Positions 1 to 13,623 of a DNA stretch of 64,000 bases are shown piece after piece (within the stretch, counting starts at the first letter, position 1; each line of letters starts with the position of its first letter). Both the position numbers and the translations under genes were made by a program. This DNA is from Vicugna vicugna. Lineage: Eukaryota. The stretch covers positions 860,678 to 924,677 of the forward strand of contig MU058531.1 of the NCBI GenBank assembly GCA_013265495.1. The letters are read 5' to 3'. The notes below the pieces were generated by a model. That model saw only the letters and a program-made list of their open reading frames with translations. It searched no databases and was not told the origin of the DNA.

Positions 1-1337
1 TTGAGAAACACAGTATTAGAAACAGTGGCTGTGAAAACGGGAGAGAGGAAAGCCCCTCTCAGCAGCTGGCCCTTTCATCCTCTCTAGGTGGGCTCTGTTA
101 TTTCACGAAGCTGCCAGGCTGAAACCACAAGGGACTCATTTGAAGGAAATTCATGGGGTCAGAAGCCAGAATGGGCCCCAGGACTACCCCAGAAATTTGG
201 AGCTACTCTGAGGCCCAATTAAATGCCATTAAGTGACACTCCAAACATGCTTCAGAAATTTTGAGGGGAGTCTAATCTCCTAAGCATTCTGACACCCAGC
301 CAGGATGGGGTTCTGCTTTGTAAGAATAATTTCTCACACAGAGATGGAAGGAAGCCTCCCTGAACTGTTTTCTATGAGAGGGCAGGGCGACTACTTCCCA
401 GGTTGTCCTACTTTGGGCAGCAGCCCCTTGGTGGAATTATTAAGTAGATTTCCTTTGGCCCAGCAAGGTTTGGTTTTAAGTTGGTGAAGACGACGATGTT
501 AGTAAAGACAAGTATACCTGCCATGATGCAAGCTGGTACACAGTGGAATAGAAAGGCCCTCTGGGTTTTGATGCCAGTCTCCAGTTCTCCTCACCAAGCA
601 CCATGGAAACAGCTTTTAAGCAGCACAGCCAGGGGACCAGCTCTGAGCCAGGCAGTCTCCTCCTTTGCTCATCCTGTATTGTTCTTGATCCGCACAGTCT
701 CCCTGAGGTATTTGGTTCTTGCATCCGAGTAGGGTGCACAGTTCTCAGAAAACAGGACTTGGGCAGACATGCAGATCAGTGGTGTCTACCACCATGCCCC
801 ACTTGAGTTGCAGGAAGATGCTTCCTCAGCGTGTAATGCCTGTTTCAGAAGATCCTGGATATTAACACTGGATGAGGATCGGAGCTGAAATAGAATTGCT
901 CAGGGTACTCATGACTGTATCAACATTACCTTTCTCGATCTCCCAGGGGTTTATCTGATTCAAATCGTGTTATTTGTCTCCATTTCCCTCAGTGAAAATA
1001 TTCAAAGGTCAGTGCTTAAACTAGCTGAGGGAATTCACGTTGGACCCGACGAATGGCATGCCGAATTCAATTGGAGGGAGAATTTCGACTTAAGTGCTTC
1101 CTGCAGAATCCACGTGGCTCGTACTTACTATCAGCATAAAAAGTCATGTGCAGAAAGTTGTAAGTCACATGTCCTTGTCTTCAAGAATGTGGAACTTTCA
1201 TGGCAGTTTCAGAGGAATTTTCCTCTGTAGGCACTATAAAGAACAGCAAAATTAACAAAAACACCGCTATCAATAAAATGCTATTCATGAGGCCCTAACT
1301 CTATTTCAGATGGAGTACCAAGGGCGTGTGGCCTCTG

Positions 1338-1510
1338 CCATCTCATTTATTCATCATAATAACTTCATAATACAAATATTATCATCTCCAATTTCCAGAC
1401 AAGCAAACTGAAGTTCAAGTATGCTAATTAGCTTTTCCAAGCAGCTTGGAAGTAGAAGATTTGAATCCAGGACTGTCTGACTCTCACACCCTGGTTCTTA
1501 CCACTGCCCC
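1338..1510 (-). mobile_element. MIR SINE fragment
   Basis: 'attatcatctccaatttccagacaagcaaactgaag...gatttgaatccaggactgtctgactc' resembles the reverse complement of the MIR core and tRNA head. Confidence 0.75.
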
Positions 1511-2039
1511 ATGAGGGGCAGTGTGGACTATGGCTGGAGTATGAAGCTCAGCATAAAACACGTCCCAAGTCACTGGCTGTGTGACTGGAATAAGAATCCT
1601 AACACCGTGCTTCTATTTCTCCAAGAGTCCTCAGTCACTCAGAGGAGAGCACAGATGGGTGCAGACGACTGGCTGAGACTGGGCTGGCTTGTTTATTCTG
1701 TGAACCAGCCCCTGGAGGGGATACTCCAGGTGCACACTGCCTGGGAGAGCGGGATGCACACTTGAAGAATAATGGTTACAGCTAATTTATGGATTTGTTC
1801 ACAAGGCCAGGGCTCTTGGAGATGTTCATTTCCTGGTCTGCTTGCACAAGATGAGGAGTGGGGAGAGCTCTCCTCTACTGTCAGGTTTTTGCTATCTTGA
1901 GTGTTTGCAATCATTGCTATCCAAATACAGCTATTACCTCACCCTTCTGGGTTTTGCTGCTATTAGGTGATAGAAAATGCTCACCAAGTAGCCCAGCTAC
2001 TAATTCTGGGCTCAAGGGAACCAAATCCAAAAAATAGAG

Positions 2040-2200
2040 AGATATTATATAATGCATATATAATATATTGTATTATATATAACATAGTATGTAATTTATA
2101 GAATATATATGTTTTACACAATTCATAAAATATAAATTATATATGACGTATTATACAATGTCTGATATGTGTGTGTATATTTACATATATATCAAAGCCC
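2040..2200. repeat. Degenerate (TA)n / AT-rich low-complexity tract
   Basis: Runs of tatata/ataata seen directly. Confidence 0.8.
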
Positions 2201-2864
2201 AATTACTAGCTGCATGTATACAAAAGTACACAAAAGTTAAAACTATTTATATATCAAACCAAGTACTTATATGGCTCAATTAATACGTGAAAGGAGTATA
2301 AAATACCGAGGGGAATAAATGTTAAAGGAATATAAATTTTATCTAATCATAATTCTTCAGAGGAAACATGGTAGCAAAAGCTTGGTTTTCCTCTAGCTCT
2401 CCCACTAATTAGCTCTGTGAACTCTGTGCACCACAGGGAGGTGTGAAACAAGCTTATGGGTCAGACAATTTAAGTTATGGGCATTGATTTGCACAAGATA
2501 GCAGTGCAATTCAGATGTGCAGTAATAACAAACAAAGCCCTTTGTGTCCCATACCAAGCATTACAGTAATAGTAATACCCGTCTTCAATCACAGGGCTAT
2601 AGACAAATTGTCAAGCACTACAAAAATGTGAGACAATACGGTTCAAAAGCTTTTTACGCAAAAGCCACCAAAAATACGTAAGAACACACAATTAATGTTG
2701 AAAAAAGCCTATGATTTCCCCCTCCAACTTTTCCATTTTCCATTAGTTAATATTGATGTTTAATCAAATGGTACACTAAATATTCATAGAACATTCTTTA
2801 GACACCACCTAGTTTCTTGCAAATAAAAATATCTGTTTATTTCCTATCTTGTAATCATCATTAT

Positions 2865-3015
2865 AGCTCAGTTAAGTGGATGGTATCAGTCCCTTCCCCA
2901 CAGAGGAGGAAACTGAGCTTTAAGAGAGTAAGTGCCTCGTCCAAGGTCACGAGGTAGTAAGGGTTGAGCGATGATTCCAACACCTGGTTTCTGTGACTTC
3001 AAAACCTATCCGTGC
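2865..3015 (-). mobile_element. MIR SINE fragment
   Basis: 'cacagaggaggaaactgagc...ccaaggtcac...ctgtgacttcaaaacc' matches the antisense MIR core. Confidence 0.8.
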
Positions 3016-4743
3016 TTCTGTAAGTCTGGGTAGATTTAAAGGAGAAATTTTATCAAACAAAAGTCGCGATTTACTTTTTTTTGTGGGGGATCATCATCGA
3101 AACCCAAATCAGTAGCCTAGAAAATGGCTTGCAAGATATATTTCAAAGACCTCAGGAAAATAAGTATAGAAATGGGAGTCATGAAGAAAAACATCAGAGA
3201 CTTAGAGCCTATATCCAGGAGACCTGATATAGGAATAACAGATATTTTAGGATAAAGGGAGATAGATGAGACGAGGTAGTATTTAGACAAATAAAAGGAG
3301 AACATTTTTTTCTGAGATAATGAAAGACTGGAGTCTGTAGATTGAAAGGGCTCTCTGATTTCAAGCCCAGACCTTAAAAAAACAAAAAAGAAAAAACCAA
3401 CTTTAGACATGCCTTAATAAAATTTCTGATTTGTTAAGAATGAAGAGAAAAATCTTACAAGTCACCAAGCAAAACAACAACTACCTCCACAGAAAAAAAA
3501 TCAGCATCGACAACACTGGAAGTTAAACAGTAGAGTCAGATCCACAGCTAAGAACAAAGACCACAACTTAATTCTATATCCTATCAAGCTATGATTGCCC
3601 TTTTAGGATGTGCAAGACCTCAGAGAGCGAATCAGCTATATAGTTCATCTAAAGAAAATACTCAGGAACATTAACCAAATAGCAAGTGAAACTAAAAATC
3701 GACCTCAAGGTGAAAAAAAAGAGAAAGGAAAAAGAGCAATGAACAAATAAACATGAGCATTTGTACTTAACTGTGGATGCAGATATAGACAGAGCTGAAA
3801 ATATAGATATAAAAAGATGAGGATAAACAATCACATTGCTTAACTAAGGGCTAAAAAAGGACTTGAAATAGCAGGGACATGCTGTAAGGAAAACTCTAAT
3901 AGAAACGGAATTGTGGTAGCAAAATCTAGGCATTTGGAGTGGGGGAAAATGAACTCATGAAATCAAAATTTTAACGGTAGCAAGAGAGGAAAGAAAGAGG
4001 AAAGAAGTAAAAGTATTTCAATGGCCTCACCCTGCAGGGCAGGGAGGATTGGAGAAATAAAGAATCAAACAGTGAGTGCATCCCAAGTTAGGGAAACAGT
4101 CAGGTTTATTCATCTGGTGAAAGACAATCATTACTAAAAGGGAAAAAATACACTAGAACTTCCAAATTAACAAAAGGAAAGAAGCAGGATGAAAATCAAT
4201 TTAAATCAGCTAGGTTAAGAAAAAGGAAATAGGAAAATAAGTAATGAAATGCAAATACTGAAGACAATGTCATTACACTGAATGGGAATAGATGAAAGTT
4301 TCCTATTAAAATGTAAAGATTGTTGGATTAGATTATATACATTTTGCTATTTGCAAACATACACTGAAGTTGAAGTGATAAAGAAGATGAAAAATGAAAG
4401 CAACAGCAAAGAGATACCAGACAAACGCAAACAAAAAGAAAACCAAAATGGCAACATTAATTTTAGATAAAGTGGAATTTAAGGTTAAAAGATTACATAG
4501 GATTGAAAGAATCATTATGTAGTGACAAAAAGCATAATTTAGGAATTTAGCTAAATCATTATAAACTATACGTACTAAAAAATGGCAGCTAAATATGTGG
4601 ATCAAAAACTATTAGGTATATAAGGAAAACCTGAAAATAGGAGACTTCAATATAATTCTCTCAGAACCTGCTTGTCAAAAGTGAGTTAAAGTTATGGAAG
4701 AATTTAATAATACAGTCAATAAACTTGATGTAATAGAGATATG

Positions 4744-4940
4744 CAGTGGGGTAGAGAAACTAGCTTGTACCAGCTTTTGGAAGGCAATTGTGAGTATCTC
4801 TTTCCAACCTCATATTCGATGATGTCACACTGGTAACTAGAAATAGGTCATGGTGGGAGTGTATATACCATGGGAAAACAGCAAATGCTACAAATAATAT
4901 CCAGAGATTTGGCTGTTAAACATTTATCAGCATACTCTTG
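4744..4940. mobile_element. MER63A-like hAT-Blackjack MITE nested in the old L1
   Basis: Starts 'cagtgg', has internal 'ggtcatggtgggagtgtatataccatgg...gcaaatgctacaaat', and ends 'gttaaacatttatcagcatactcttg'. This matches the MER63A consensus as I recall it. Confidence 0.75.
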
Positions 4941-5974
4941 ATTCTCTGCTTGAACATTTATATTCAAATAGAGAATATAAATTTTCTCACATATCCATGA
5001 AACATTTTGAAAAATTAATCATGTACTTGATTCAAAAACTTAACAGATTCTAAAAATGAAGATTTTTTAGAAACTATAACTTTTTGATCATACACCAGTG
5101 AAACTTGAAATAAGTGACAGGAATTACCACTGAGAATGTAGAAACCTATTTCCAGTAAGAGTTAGATCAAAAAAGCACAATAAAAGGGAAATCAGAATTA
5201 TCTAGAAGGCAATGACAGAACCATTTATTCAGAATCTATGGGATAAAAGAAAAGCTCTACTTCATAGAAATTTTATAGCCTTAAATGCCTTTATTATTAA
5301 ATAAGAATGAACAAGGAAAAATAAAGCAAAAGGCCTAAGTATTTCTTAAGTATTAAATATTTCTTAGCTCTAAGAAGTTGGAAAGAAATAACCATAAAAT
5401 AAATCAAGAAGCAATGAAGAGAATAAAGATTAAAAACTTAAACTAATGGAATAGAAAACAAAGAATGGAAAGGATTAAAAACAAACAAACAAAAAAGATA
5501 GAGATATGTATAAACTGGTTCTTTGAAGGGAAAAAAATAGGTAAAATTTCCATCAAGCTCTTGAATGAGAAAAAACAAGAACAAAAATGGAGCAATATTA
5601 GAGTTGAGAAAAGAAATAAAACTACTGAGAAAGGGGCAATTAAAAGAAGTATAAGATAATACATCACGAAACTATTTAAGATGTATTCCAAACACATTTG
5701 AAAATGTCTTTTCTGCAAACAAAAATTCTTTAAACTGACCTAAGAAGAAATGGAAAACTCAAGTATTCCAATCACCATAAAATTAGAAAGGAGATTAAAA
5801 GGTCACCTTTCAAAAAGGCATCAACGCTGGATGGGTTCACGCTTTATCTATCTTTTAAAAAAACAGACATTTTTTAAAATTTATTCTACTCCTAGGAAGA
5901 ATGTGAAAATTTAATCAGTTAATTTTTAGAAAATAAAGTTATTCAAACATCAAACCTGATAAAGATATTAGCCA

Positions 5975-6033
5975 AAAAAGAAGACGAGAAGGAGGAGGAG
6001 GAAGAGAAGGAGGAGGAGGAAGAAGAGAAAGGA
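5975..6033. repeat. (GAG/GAA)n purine microsatellite
   Basis: 'gaaggaggaggaggaagagaaggaggaggaggaagaagag' seen directly. Confidence 0.9.
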
Positions 6034-6036
6034 AAC

Positions 6037-6157
6037 TTTCCCCTAGATGTAAACTCAATAGGGACAGGGATGTTTATGCTTAAATACTACTACCTCAGTA
6101 CGCAGACTGACACATGACATAAAGCAGGTGCTCAATAAATATCTTTTGGGTAAATAA
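6037..6157 (+). mobile_element. L2 3'-end fragment nested in L1 ORF2
   Basis: 'ctagatgtaaactcaatagggacaggga...gcaggtgctcaataaatatcttttgg' matches the L2 3' terminus. Confidence 0.75.
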
Positions 6158-7399
6158 TAGATCAATTCTCCTTATGAACATAGATAGCAAAACTAAAAGC
6201 AAATTCTTCACAAACAGAATTTGATGACACACTAAAATATTTATATCATATCAACTGATGCTGATATGATATCCTACTGTCACAGTATTTTAATTAAAAT
6301 CAGTATTACAGAAGAAATGATATATAATACCAACATTCTTTATTATTTCCATGATGCATCTAGAAAATCTAGTAAGTAAAAAGTAGTAAAATAATGAATA
6401 TAAGCATTAAAGAAGAAAAAAATGTTACTCCTGATATATGTCCTTATACCTTGAAAACCCAGTTATGCTGAAGAAATTTCCATAGGAACCACTGACTGAT
6501 AAAATCAAAATGCACTGAAATGGACATAATATCTCATTTTCTAAAACAATGACCAAAAAAGCCCAAATATGTGAGAGAGATACTTAAGCATATAAAGATA
6601 TATACAAGATTATCATTTTGGATTATCATATCCAGGGAGTGAAATCAAGGAAGAACAGGAAGGAAAAGGCAGGTTAAGTTCATCATTTAAGTTCAAATTT
6701 TAATTTAATATTAAAATATTTTTAAAAGATGCATTTGATTGTATTGATGTAGAATGAAAAATTTAGAAGTCATCCTTCCCAACACCAACTGGAGGTGGTG
6801 AGAGTTAGGTTAAGAGCATAAGAAGAAAGAATTCAAACTCCAATATCAGGCTGTTCCAGGGCACCGCCTCCTGCACCCCTGGCCTGCTTTGCTGCACAGT
6901 CTTTCTCTGCAGCTTTCTGGAGGGAATGCCCTCCATCTGCCCTGTGACACATCAGCCATAAGAGAGAACTAGCAAGCCAACCACAGGTGTGTCCCACTTG
7001 ATTAGATTTCTCCACCAATGGACCCCATCAAGGGCTGGTTTCATTCCTTTATGTTGCTTCTCAAATCACTGCATGGTTAAATGTTTAATTGTTTACTTTC
7101 TCTAAGCTTTTTCTAATCTCACTGCTGCATACTTATGAAAGTAGGAGTCAGTGAGATGATCAAACAGCCTTCATTCTAAGGCAGCATCCCCGCCACTCAT
7201 TTGACCATGGCATTCGAAAGAAAGGTCGTTCTTTGAACACATTCAGATGGGTGCTCATGAGACATAATCATGACTGAACGAATGTAGTTGGCAAAGAAAA
7301 GAGGGAAAAAAAAAGTCATTCAGATGTGTTAAATGATGCTAAACATGTTCAGCATATTTTACCTTATAAAGTAACAACATATTAGAGACTTAAATCATA

Positions 7400-7740
7400 T
7401 TAATTTATTAGGATCTAAATATCTTGAATCTCACATTTTTGTTATAAATTTGGATATAAAATATTTTACTACAATAAGTAAATTTTTTATTATTTATCAC
7501 ATATTCTCTAATTATTACATATATTTCTGGCTTCTGGTACAGTACCAAGATTATTCTTATATTTATTTTCACTGTGGCATTATTTAAAAATCCCAGCTCA
7601 CACAAGTCCACAGGAGTAAAAGATAGAAGCACACAGGTTTTTGTCTTGAGATATTTGGATATTCTTAAATTGGACTAAAGCAAAAGTATTCATTGTTTCA
7701 TCATAGACAACCACCTCTTTCTTTTAAAAGAAACTAAGGA
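7400..7740 (-). mobile_element. Charlie-type hAT transposase C-terminal (dimerisation domain) relic
   Basis: Minus-strand translation gives EYPNIS followed, after a frameshift, by LLSFTPVDLCELGF..ATVKINIR. This resembles the hAT-Charlie motif EYPELS..LLPFPTTYLCESGFS....KTKYRNRL. Confidence 0.6.
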
Positions 7741-8359
7741 CTTTGCTCATCTCCAGTTTTGCAATAGTCCTGCTTTGTGCTTTTTAAGTTAAGATACAGC
7801 TTTGAAAACCACAAAAGTATGCTGTTTTGATTAAAATTCTCTAAGCCATAGATTCATGGAAGACTAATTTGCTTCATAAAAATACTGAATTTACAATCAA
7901 CATTCAGTAGCACAACCTTCATCACCTTCCACCACCCTCCTGAAATCAAGAGAGGCCTATAAAGTAGGGATTAGAAAGAAAGTGAGAGTCTGGAGTCACT
8001 CTTTGGCAGTTCCCACATCCCAGCAGAATCAAACCCAGGTGGTAGGACAGAACTTACCCAGATAAAGGTAAATTTCTTTCTAAAGATCAAAGTATCTAGT
8101 CTCTATATTTTAAAAGTTTAATTTCTTTTATTAATATGAATTGGACCCAATTCCTTGCAAAACAATATCCAAGCCATTTCATAGTAAAAATACATCTGTC
8201 CTCTCTCTTCCTTGTATTAGTAAGCAATAAACAGTGGCACACTGAAATCACTCTTTTCTAGTCCCCAAATTTCCCCTTTGTCCACCAAAAAGGATTCAGA
8301 TAGACATTTAAGTCCACACTGACATGACAAATTATTGTTAATACTTAATAAATACCCAG

Positions 8360-8490
8360 TTTTCCCCACTGGAGTATAAACTCTGTGAAGCCAGAATCTT
8401 TGTCTATCTGGAAACCCAATATCATTGCATCCCAAGCCTTTTATAGTTTCTGAAATATAGTAGGAATTCAGTACTTGTGGAAACAAGAGG
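8360..8490 (+). mobile_element. L2 3'-end fragment
   Basis: 'ccccactggagtataaactctgtgaagccagaatctttgtct...atatagtaggaattcagtacttgtggaa'. Confidence 0.7.
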
Positions 8491-11400
8491 CGGGGCTGGG
8501 AGGGGAGAGCAAGAAAGGAAAGAAGGAAGGAAGCAAGCAAGCAGGCATTAATTACAAATGATGGCTTCGTATGCAAAAAGTGGTTGGGATTCTTACTGCT
8601 GTCACTACTCACATTGTATGAAGGGGGTGGCAAGTCCATTTACCTGCATTTACAAAGACTTCGTTAGCCCTGCAGACATTTTGTTGGACCTTAGCCACAA
8701 CATAATCATGTTTCCAGGCTAACATCTCTGAAAGAAATTTATTGTGACTTCTGTTTATTTCTAAGCTAAGTATAGGGTACCCACATTTCAAAACAAAACA
8801 ACAACAAAAAGTTTCTCTAAAGTTATCTGAACCAAGAACAGCAAGTCCTGCTTTTATGAGAAAATAGATTTTCTGTTAAATGGAAAATGCGTTGTTTCAT
8901 AGAGTTCAGCAAAACAGCATTTTTTAAAAACTTATACGTTTAAATTTAGAGCACTGGAAGTCCAATTTAAGAATGTTTTTTGACCGTGGAATGATCATCT
9001 TCACTCAGTTGTGAAGAAGCCAATTTTCAACTACTTTACACTTTCTCAGGGCTGTGTCCTTCTGAGATGGGAAAACAAGCACTGGCACTCTATCCACCTT
9101 TAAAGTTTCTATTACAGTCTGCATAATCATTTCAAGAGTACTATTATATTTTAGCACATTTTCAGAAAAGTTACCATACTCAAAAATAACAGCTATTGTC
9201 AACATCCTCTTTCCTTCTTAGCAAGATGGATTTTCCCCTGCCCTTGCTCACCAGGAACCCTTTCTCATTGTTTGAAGTCACTTTGAACTGAAGAAGTAAT
9301 TCTCCATCCCTGCTGATTTTACCCAAGAAGAGAAGCCCTGTGACAGGAGTGTCAGTACTTTCCTATCCCTTAACCCCATCAGACATCATTGATTGATTAT
9401 GGCAAATCCAGAACCTGGATTTGATCACAGAATTCATATCAACATAGGCTTTCAGGCAGTCACCTGCAATTAATTAAACTGTTCATGTAAGTCTAAACTT
9501 TGTTTTGCCATTTTGGTCTAGAAACTGAAAGCAGGCCATTTAGTTGTCTTGAGGTTCATTTCAGTTCTACTATCCATTCTTATCTACAAATCATTTTACC
9601 CCAAGGATTTAGGAGAGACAACTCAATCTTCTATACCCTAGAATAATAAAATGTCAACATTCTTCATGCTGATGTCAGCCATCAAGTTAGAGAGCAGTGA
9701 CTAGGTACAGGCTTAAGCAGTAGGAGTCTTGTGTCCTAAAGACTTTTAACCCTCTTTATCTTTTGTAAAATTGTACTCGAACTCCATGATCTGAATTACA
9801 CTATCCTTCCCCAAGCCAGCCTTTCAATGATCAAGATTGCAGTGGTCTATTTAGATCTTGTATACAAACAAGAACGAGTAAGGGCGTGAGAAGTAGGTAA
9901 GATATATGTTATTATAAATTTGGAGTAAAGTTGGTCTTGGGCACAGTGGAGTGGAAAAGATACCCTAAGAAGAAAGGGAGAGAGTATAGAGCTAAGCCTG
10001 ATATACAGGTTGACTGAACATAGGACAAGGAAGGAACAAATGCTGCTGCAAGATGCAAGATCCAGGAGTGGGAGCTCTTGAAATTGAAGAGAGGATGGGA
10101 GAGAGAAACTCTGCTTCCACATCTTGGTTCTAGCTATATAAGAGACATGTCATTCCCACTGGTGAGTGATGTGATGGGCAGTGCGACCAATGGTATATCC
10201 CACAATGATACATATGACCAATAATATATACACCCAGCTGGGTGTTAACCTTTGGAATCTCCAGATATTTGGCTTGTTCTAGTGCAGATATCAGCTGGGG
10301 CAATAGAACAAAATGAGTCACCTCAAGTACTGATACCCCAATACCAAGAAAACTTACCCCAATACCCAGAGAAACCTCCAAAGTCAACCTTAGCTGCAAA
10401 ATATTTGAATCTGTGACTCTAGAACTATATTTACTAGATCCTTACTAGTTTCCCCCTTCACATCATTTCACTTCATGTGCTGGGGATGATAAAAATGATG
10501 TCACGAGAGGGATGTTGCCAATGACGGTGCTCCTTGACCCTGATCTTACAGAAAAGTGTTGGCGTGGAGACTGCATGAAGCACGGCTGCTCCCACGAGGT
10601 CAGGCTCATGGCTCAGTGTGCCTGCCAGATTCACATGACGCAGGGAACCTACTGAGAAGTATTCAGTTTGGAGGCAGGAGGACATACTCCCCTTTAAAGA
10701 AACCCCTGAAGGATAATCAAGTTGTGATGGCTCCCGAAAGGAGATAATATGCAGTCTGCAACGTGAGATTCCTCCAGAGGGTCAAAGCTTCTTGCATTTC
10801 TCACATCTGTACATATGTGTTTATTAATTTGAAGAGTAAAACAAAAGCTTAATTTAGTCAAAAACACTTTTAAATTATATGTGAGTAAAGCATGTGGACA
10901 GAGGGTGAAAGAAGCAATGGCTACAGCCTTCTAGTCAAAATCTATCATATTTTACCTCGAAAAGTGTGGTGTCTAAGGCACTTTTCCATCTGTGTTTGTG
11001 TATTGTGTTATAGTCTGTTCATCACTCAAGCTTTCATTTGATGACACAATATATTTTTTATAACTGAAGCTACAGGAGAGGGATGTCTCCTCATTACAGA
11101 GTAAACTGGAGGAGGAATCAGGCATTTATTTGAGTTGATAATCTTCAGAGCCCAAACCCAAGCAATATCACGCATCCCCACCATTTTACTCTGTTGTATG
11201 AAAGTGGGAAGAACGTAGCCTTGGTTAACGTTTTTAACAGGCAAAAATTTTATTAAGTTAATATGTTTTAAATGAATACGTGCTCTGTATAAGACAAAAA
11301 ATACTATTCACTGAACTACAATAGAATATTTGGGTAGAAATAAATTTCTATGTACATCTAATTTTTAATCCCTGAACATTCATGATCAAAGCTGTTTAAA

Positions 11401-11619
11401 GAGTTGAAATTACTGACATGAAGTGTTGGTTTCTTGTACAGAAAGATGGTCTTTCCAACCCAGTATCTGTGGCAGGCATCATTTGAGTGGTTTCCACAAC
11501 CATGGGAATAAGTCTGCCCCAAGCCACCTACATCACTCACTGACACCCCATTACAAGCATACCTGCTATGCAGTGTAGTTTCAGATCACCTAAAATCAAC
11601 TGGAACTGTAAATGGTAAT

Positions 11620-11683
11620 CGCATCACCGAACAAGTGGGCACCATGTTCTGGCCAAGTTGACATCTGAAATTTAATCATCACA
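11620..11683 (+). mobile_element. MLT1 (MaLR) LTR 3'-end fragment
   Basis: 'ggccaagttgacatctgaaatttaatcatcaca' resembles the MLT1 terminus GCCAAGTTGACACATAAAATTAACCATCACA. Confidence 0.65.
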
Positions 11684-12289
11684 TCATCCTACTGATGTCT
11701 TAAATTGTTGATCTTTTAGAATTTAATTATTTATATATCATTCTACCATTCTAATGATCATCTATCATTAATAAATATGTAATTTTTCTTGCTCTAAAAT
11801 AAATTCAAGAAATGTCAAAATGATTGTTTCATACACTTAGCATAGCCCTTTTAGGAGTAAATGAGAAAATGATGTCACAAATAAGCTTTAGAGTTGTTTA
11901 AAGATAAAAGAAAAAGCTCTAAAATAGTGTAAGATTCTTTATAAACAGAGGAATAAATTGGTATTTGAAAGGTCAGATACCCAGTGCCACATCACCACAG
12001 AGGTACATGAAAGGAAATGAAGCAACACAGAAAAAATCAACACAGACACTATACCCACTACACCAGAATCTTGAGGGGTTTTTTTTTTTTCCTTTTACCT
12101 GAAAGAGAAATGCACCTTTTTTTTTTTTCAGTTTACATGGTCAGTGATTGCTTTGATTTCAGAAAAAAAGATCAAGAAGAAAAATGAAAGTGCTTCATTA
12201 TTGCCCAAAATTCAACAATAAGCAGAGCAAATGTAGAGCTGATTTATTTTATGACACCACAGAGTCAACAGCCCATTGTTCTAAAAGTC

Positions 12290-12390
12290 CCTCTCATTTA
12301 CTCATTAAGGTTGTAATTGAACATCATAGCATGCCTGCTACGTCCCGGGCCCTCTTCTAGAAGGTGCTGGCAAGGCAGAGATGGCAGGGA
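12290..12390 (-). mobile_element. L2 fragment
   Basis: 'ctcatttactcatt...agcatgcctgctacgtcccgggccctcttctag...gtgctgg' matches the antisense L2 3' end. Confidence 0.55.
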
Positions 12391-12599
12391 TCCTAAGAAT
12401 AAATTGCTTGTGTTTATAAAATAACCATGAGGCAGAGAGATAACATTTTATTCTCTGCATAAATGCATAAACATTGCCTAAAAGGCTCCTACCACCTGCC
12501 AGACAGGTGAATCAGCCAAGCTGGGTATGTTTAGGAACATCCCTCTTTGAAGTATGCCTACCTCCCGACATGGCCACCATCCATGCTCCCAAATCCATT

Positions 12600-12760
12600 C
12601 TTTTGGTCTCTCTTGGTCCCTTGGAGTTTTTCCTCAAAATAGCATGGATTATCATTTATTTGTTTGCTTTATCATTTATCTGTTTACCAGTATATCCCCT
12701 GCTCTTGGCACAGAAAAAGGCAAGATGTTCACAGTTATTCACTGAGTGAATGAATGAATG
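12600..12760 (+). mobile_element. L2 3'-end fragment
   Basis: 'tatatcccctgctcttggcacag...ttcactgagtgaatgaatgaatg' with the (TGAA)n L2 tail. Confidence 0.7.
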
Positions 12761-13605
12761 GCAATCATAATTACAGATACTCCCAAACCCGCCCTGGTTC
12801 AGGGGGTTAAGGAGAACATATCCTATGCCTTGATCAAACAGGCATCCTCAACCGTGGGCTGTCTGTATTATCATCCCCATCTTTGAATCATGCCATGCCA
12901 AGAATAATGGGGATGCTTTCTTAATTTGAGAGAATTAAGCTCTGCTGCCCTAAGGCATCTGCTGTACATCATAAATTAACTTATCCCTTGTGCATCTAGA
13001 ATGTTCTGCATTATCCTTCGCAAATCTGAGAAAACGGTCACTCAAATCATTTTCTGGGTTCCACTGAGAAAGTGCTGAGTGGATGCACCCCCTGTGGCTT
13101 GGTGGGAAGCTTTCTAGACTGCATAAATGCAGTTACTCTGAGCAAGTGTAGATAATTACTCTTCACTCCTGGCTGGTTCCCTCCATTTCCTTCTATCCCA
13201 TTTAACCCTGACCATTTTCACTCTGTATTGAAGGCAGGAACATTTAACTCTATTATTTTAAGGCATCACTATTCGGTAACACTGTTTCCATCCTTCCGTC
13301 AAACGCCTCTTTGTCAACTTTTCTCCTGCATCGTTATGGAGCCCAAGGCAGGGGAAGGTCCCTACTTCTGGTCCCTTCTTAGAGTAGCAGTGTTCTTCAT
13401 GCAGTTTCTGACATTTCTGAGTTAGCCATTGAGGACAGCCAATGTCAACAACTGCCGGAGACAAGAGAGGTGGGGTGAACCTAGAAGCCCTTGATCAAAT
13501 CTGCCGCAGTGTATATGGACTTAATTCAGGGACAGACAGGATAGCAGGTGCTGGAGGGAGGGCGCAGCACTGAGTGTTCCCCGTGCAGGGGACGCCTGCT
13601 GGCCG

Positions 13606-13623
13606 GCTGACTCAGCATTATCT
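13606..13623. promoter_or_regulatory. Candidate MARE/ARE (NF-E2/NRF2/BACH, AP-1 core) site abutting a GATA site
   Basis: gGCTGACTCAGCA is 12/13 to the T-MARE TGCTGACTCAGCA and is immediately followed by TTATCT (AGATAA on the minus strand). It lies in non-repetitive sequence. Function is untested. Confidence 0.35.

Larger units (their letters stand above)
3130..6780 (+). mobile_element. Ancient decayed L1 (L1M-type): ORF1 remnant, ORF2 endonuclease to RT start, 3'-region remnant
   Basis: ORF1-like section at ~3180-3700. EN-like section at ~4270 ('cattacactgaatgggaataga...tgctatttgcaaacatacac', compare ITLNVNG...ICCLQETH). 'caaacctgataaagatatt' (KPDKDI) at ~5951 and 'ccttatgaacatagat' (LMNID) at ~6170. 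Many stops and frameshifts. Confidence 0.85.

Noticed and set aside
10333..10375. Short tandem duplications (taccccaatacc x2 here; tcatatagcaatca x2 at 51524 and 51544) as CRISPR-like or regulatory arrays
   Set aside because: Only two units each, with no spacer structure, in a eukaryotic context. They look like ordinary slippage.
10485..10545. Possible C/D-box snoRNA (atgat...ctga)
   Set aside because: There is no full RTGATGA C box, no convincing terminal stem and no recognisable guide sequence.
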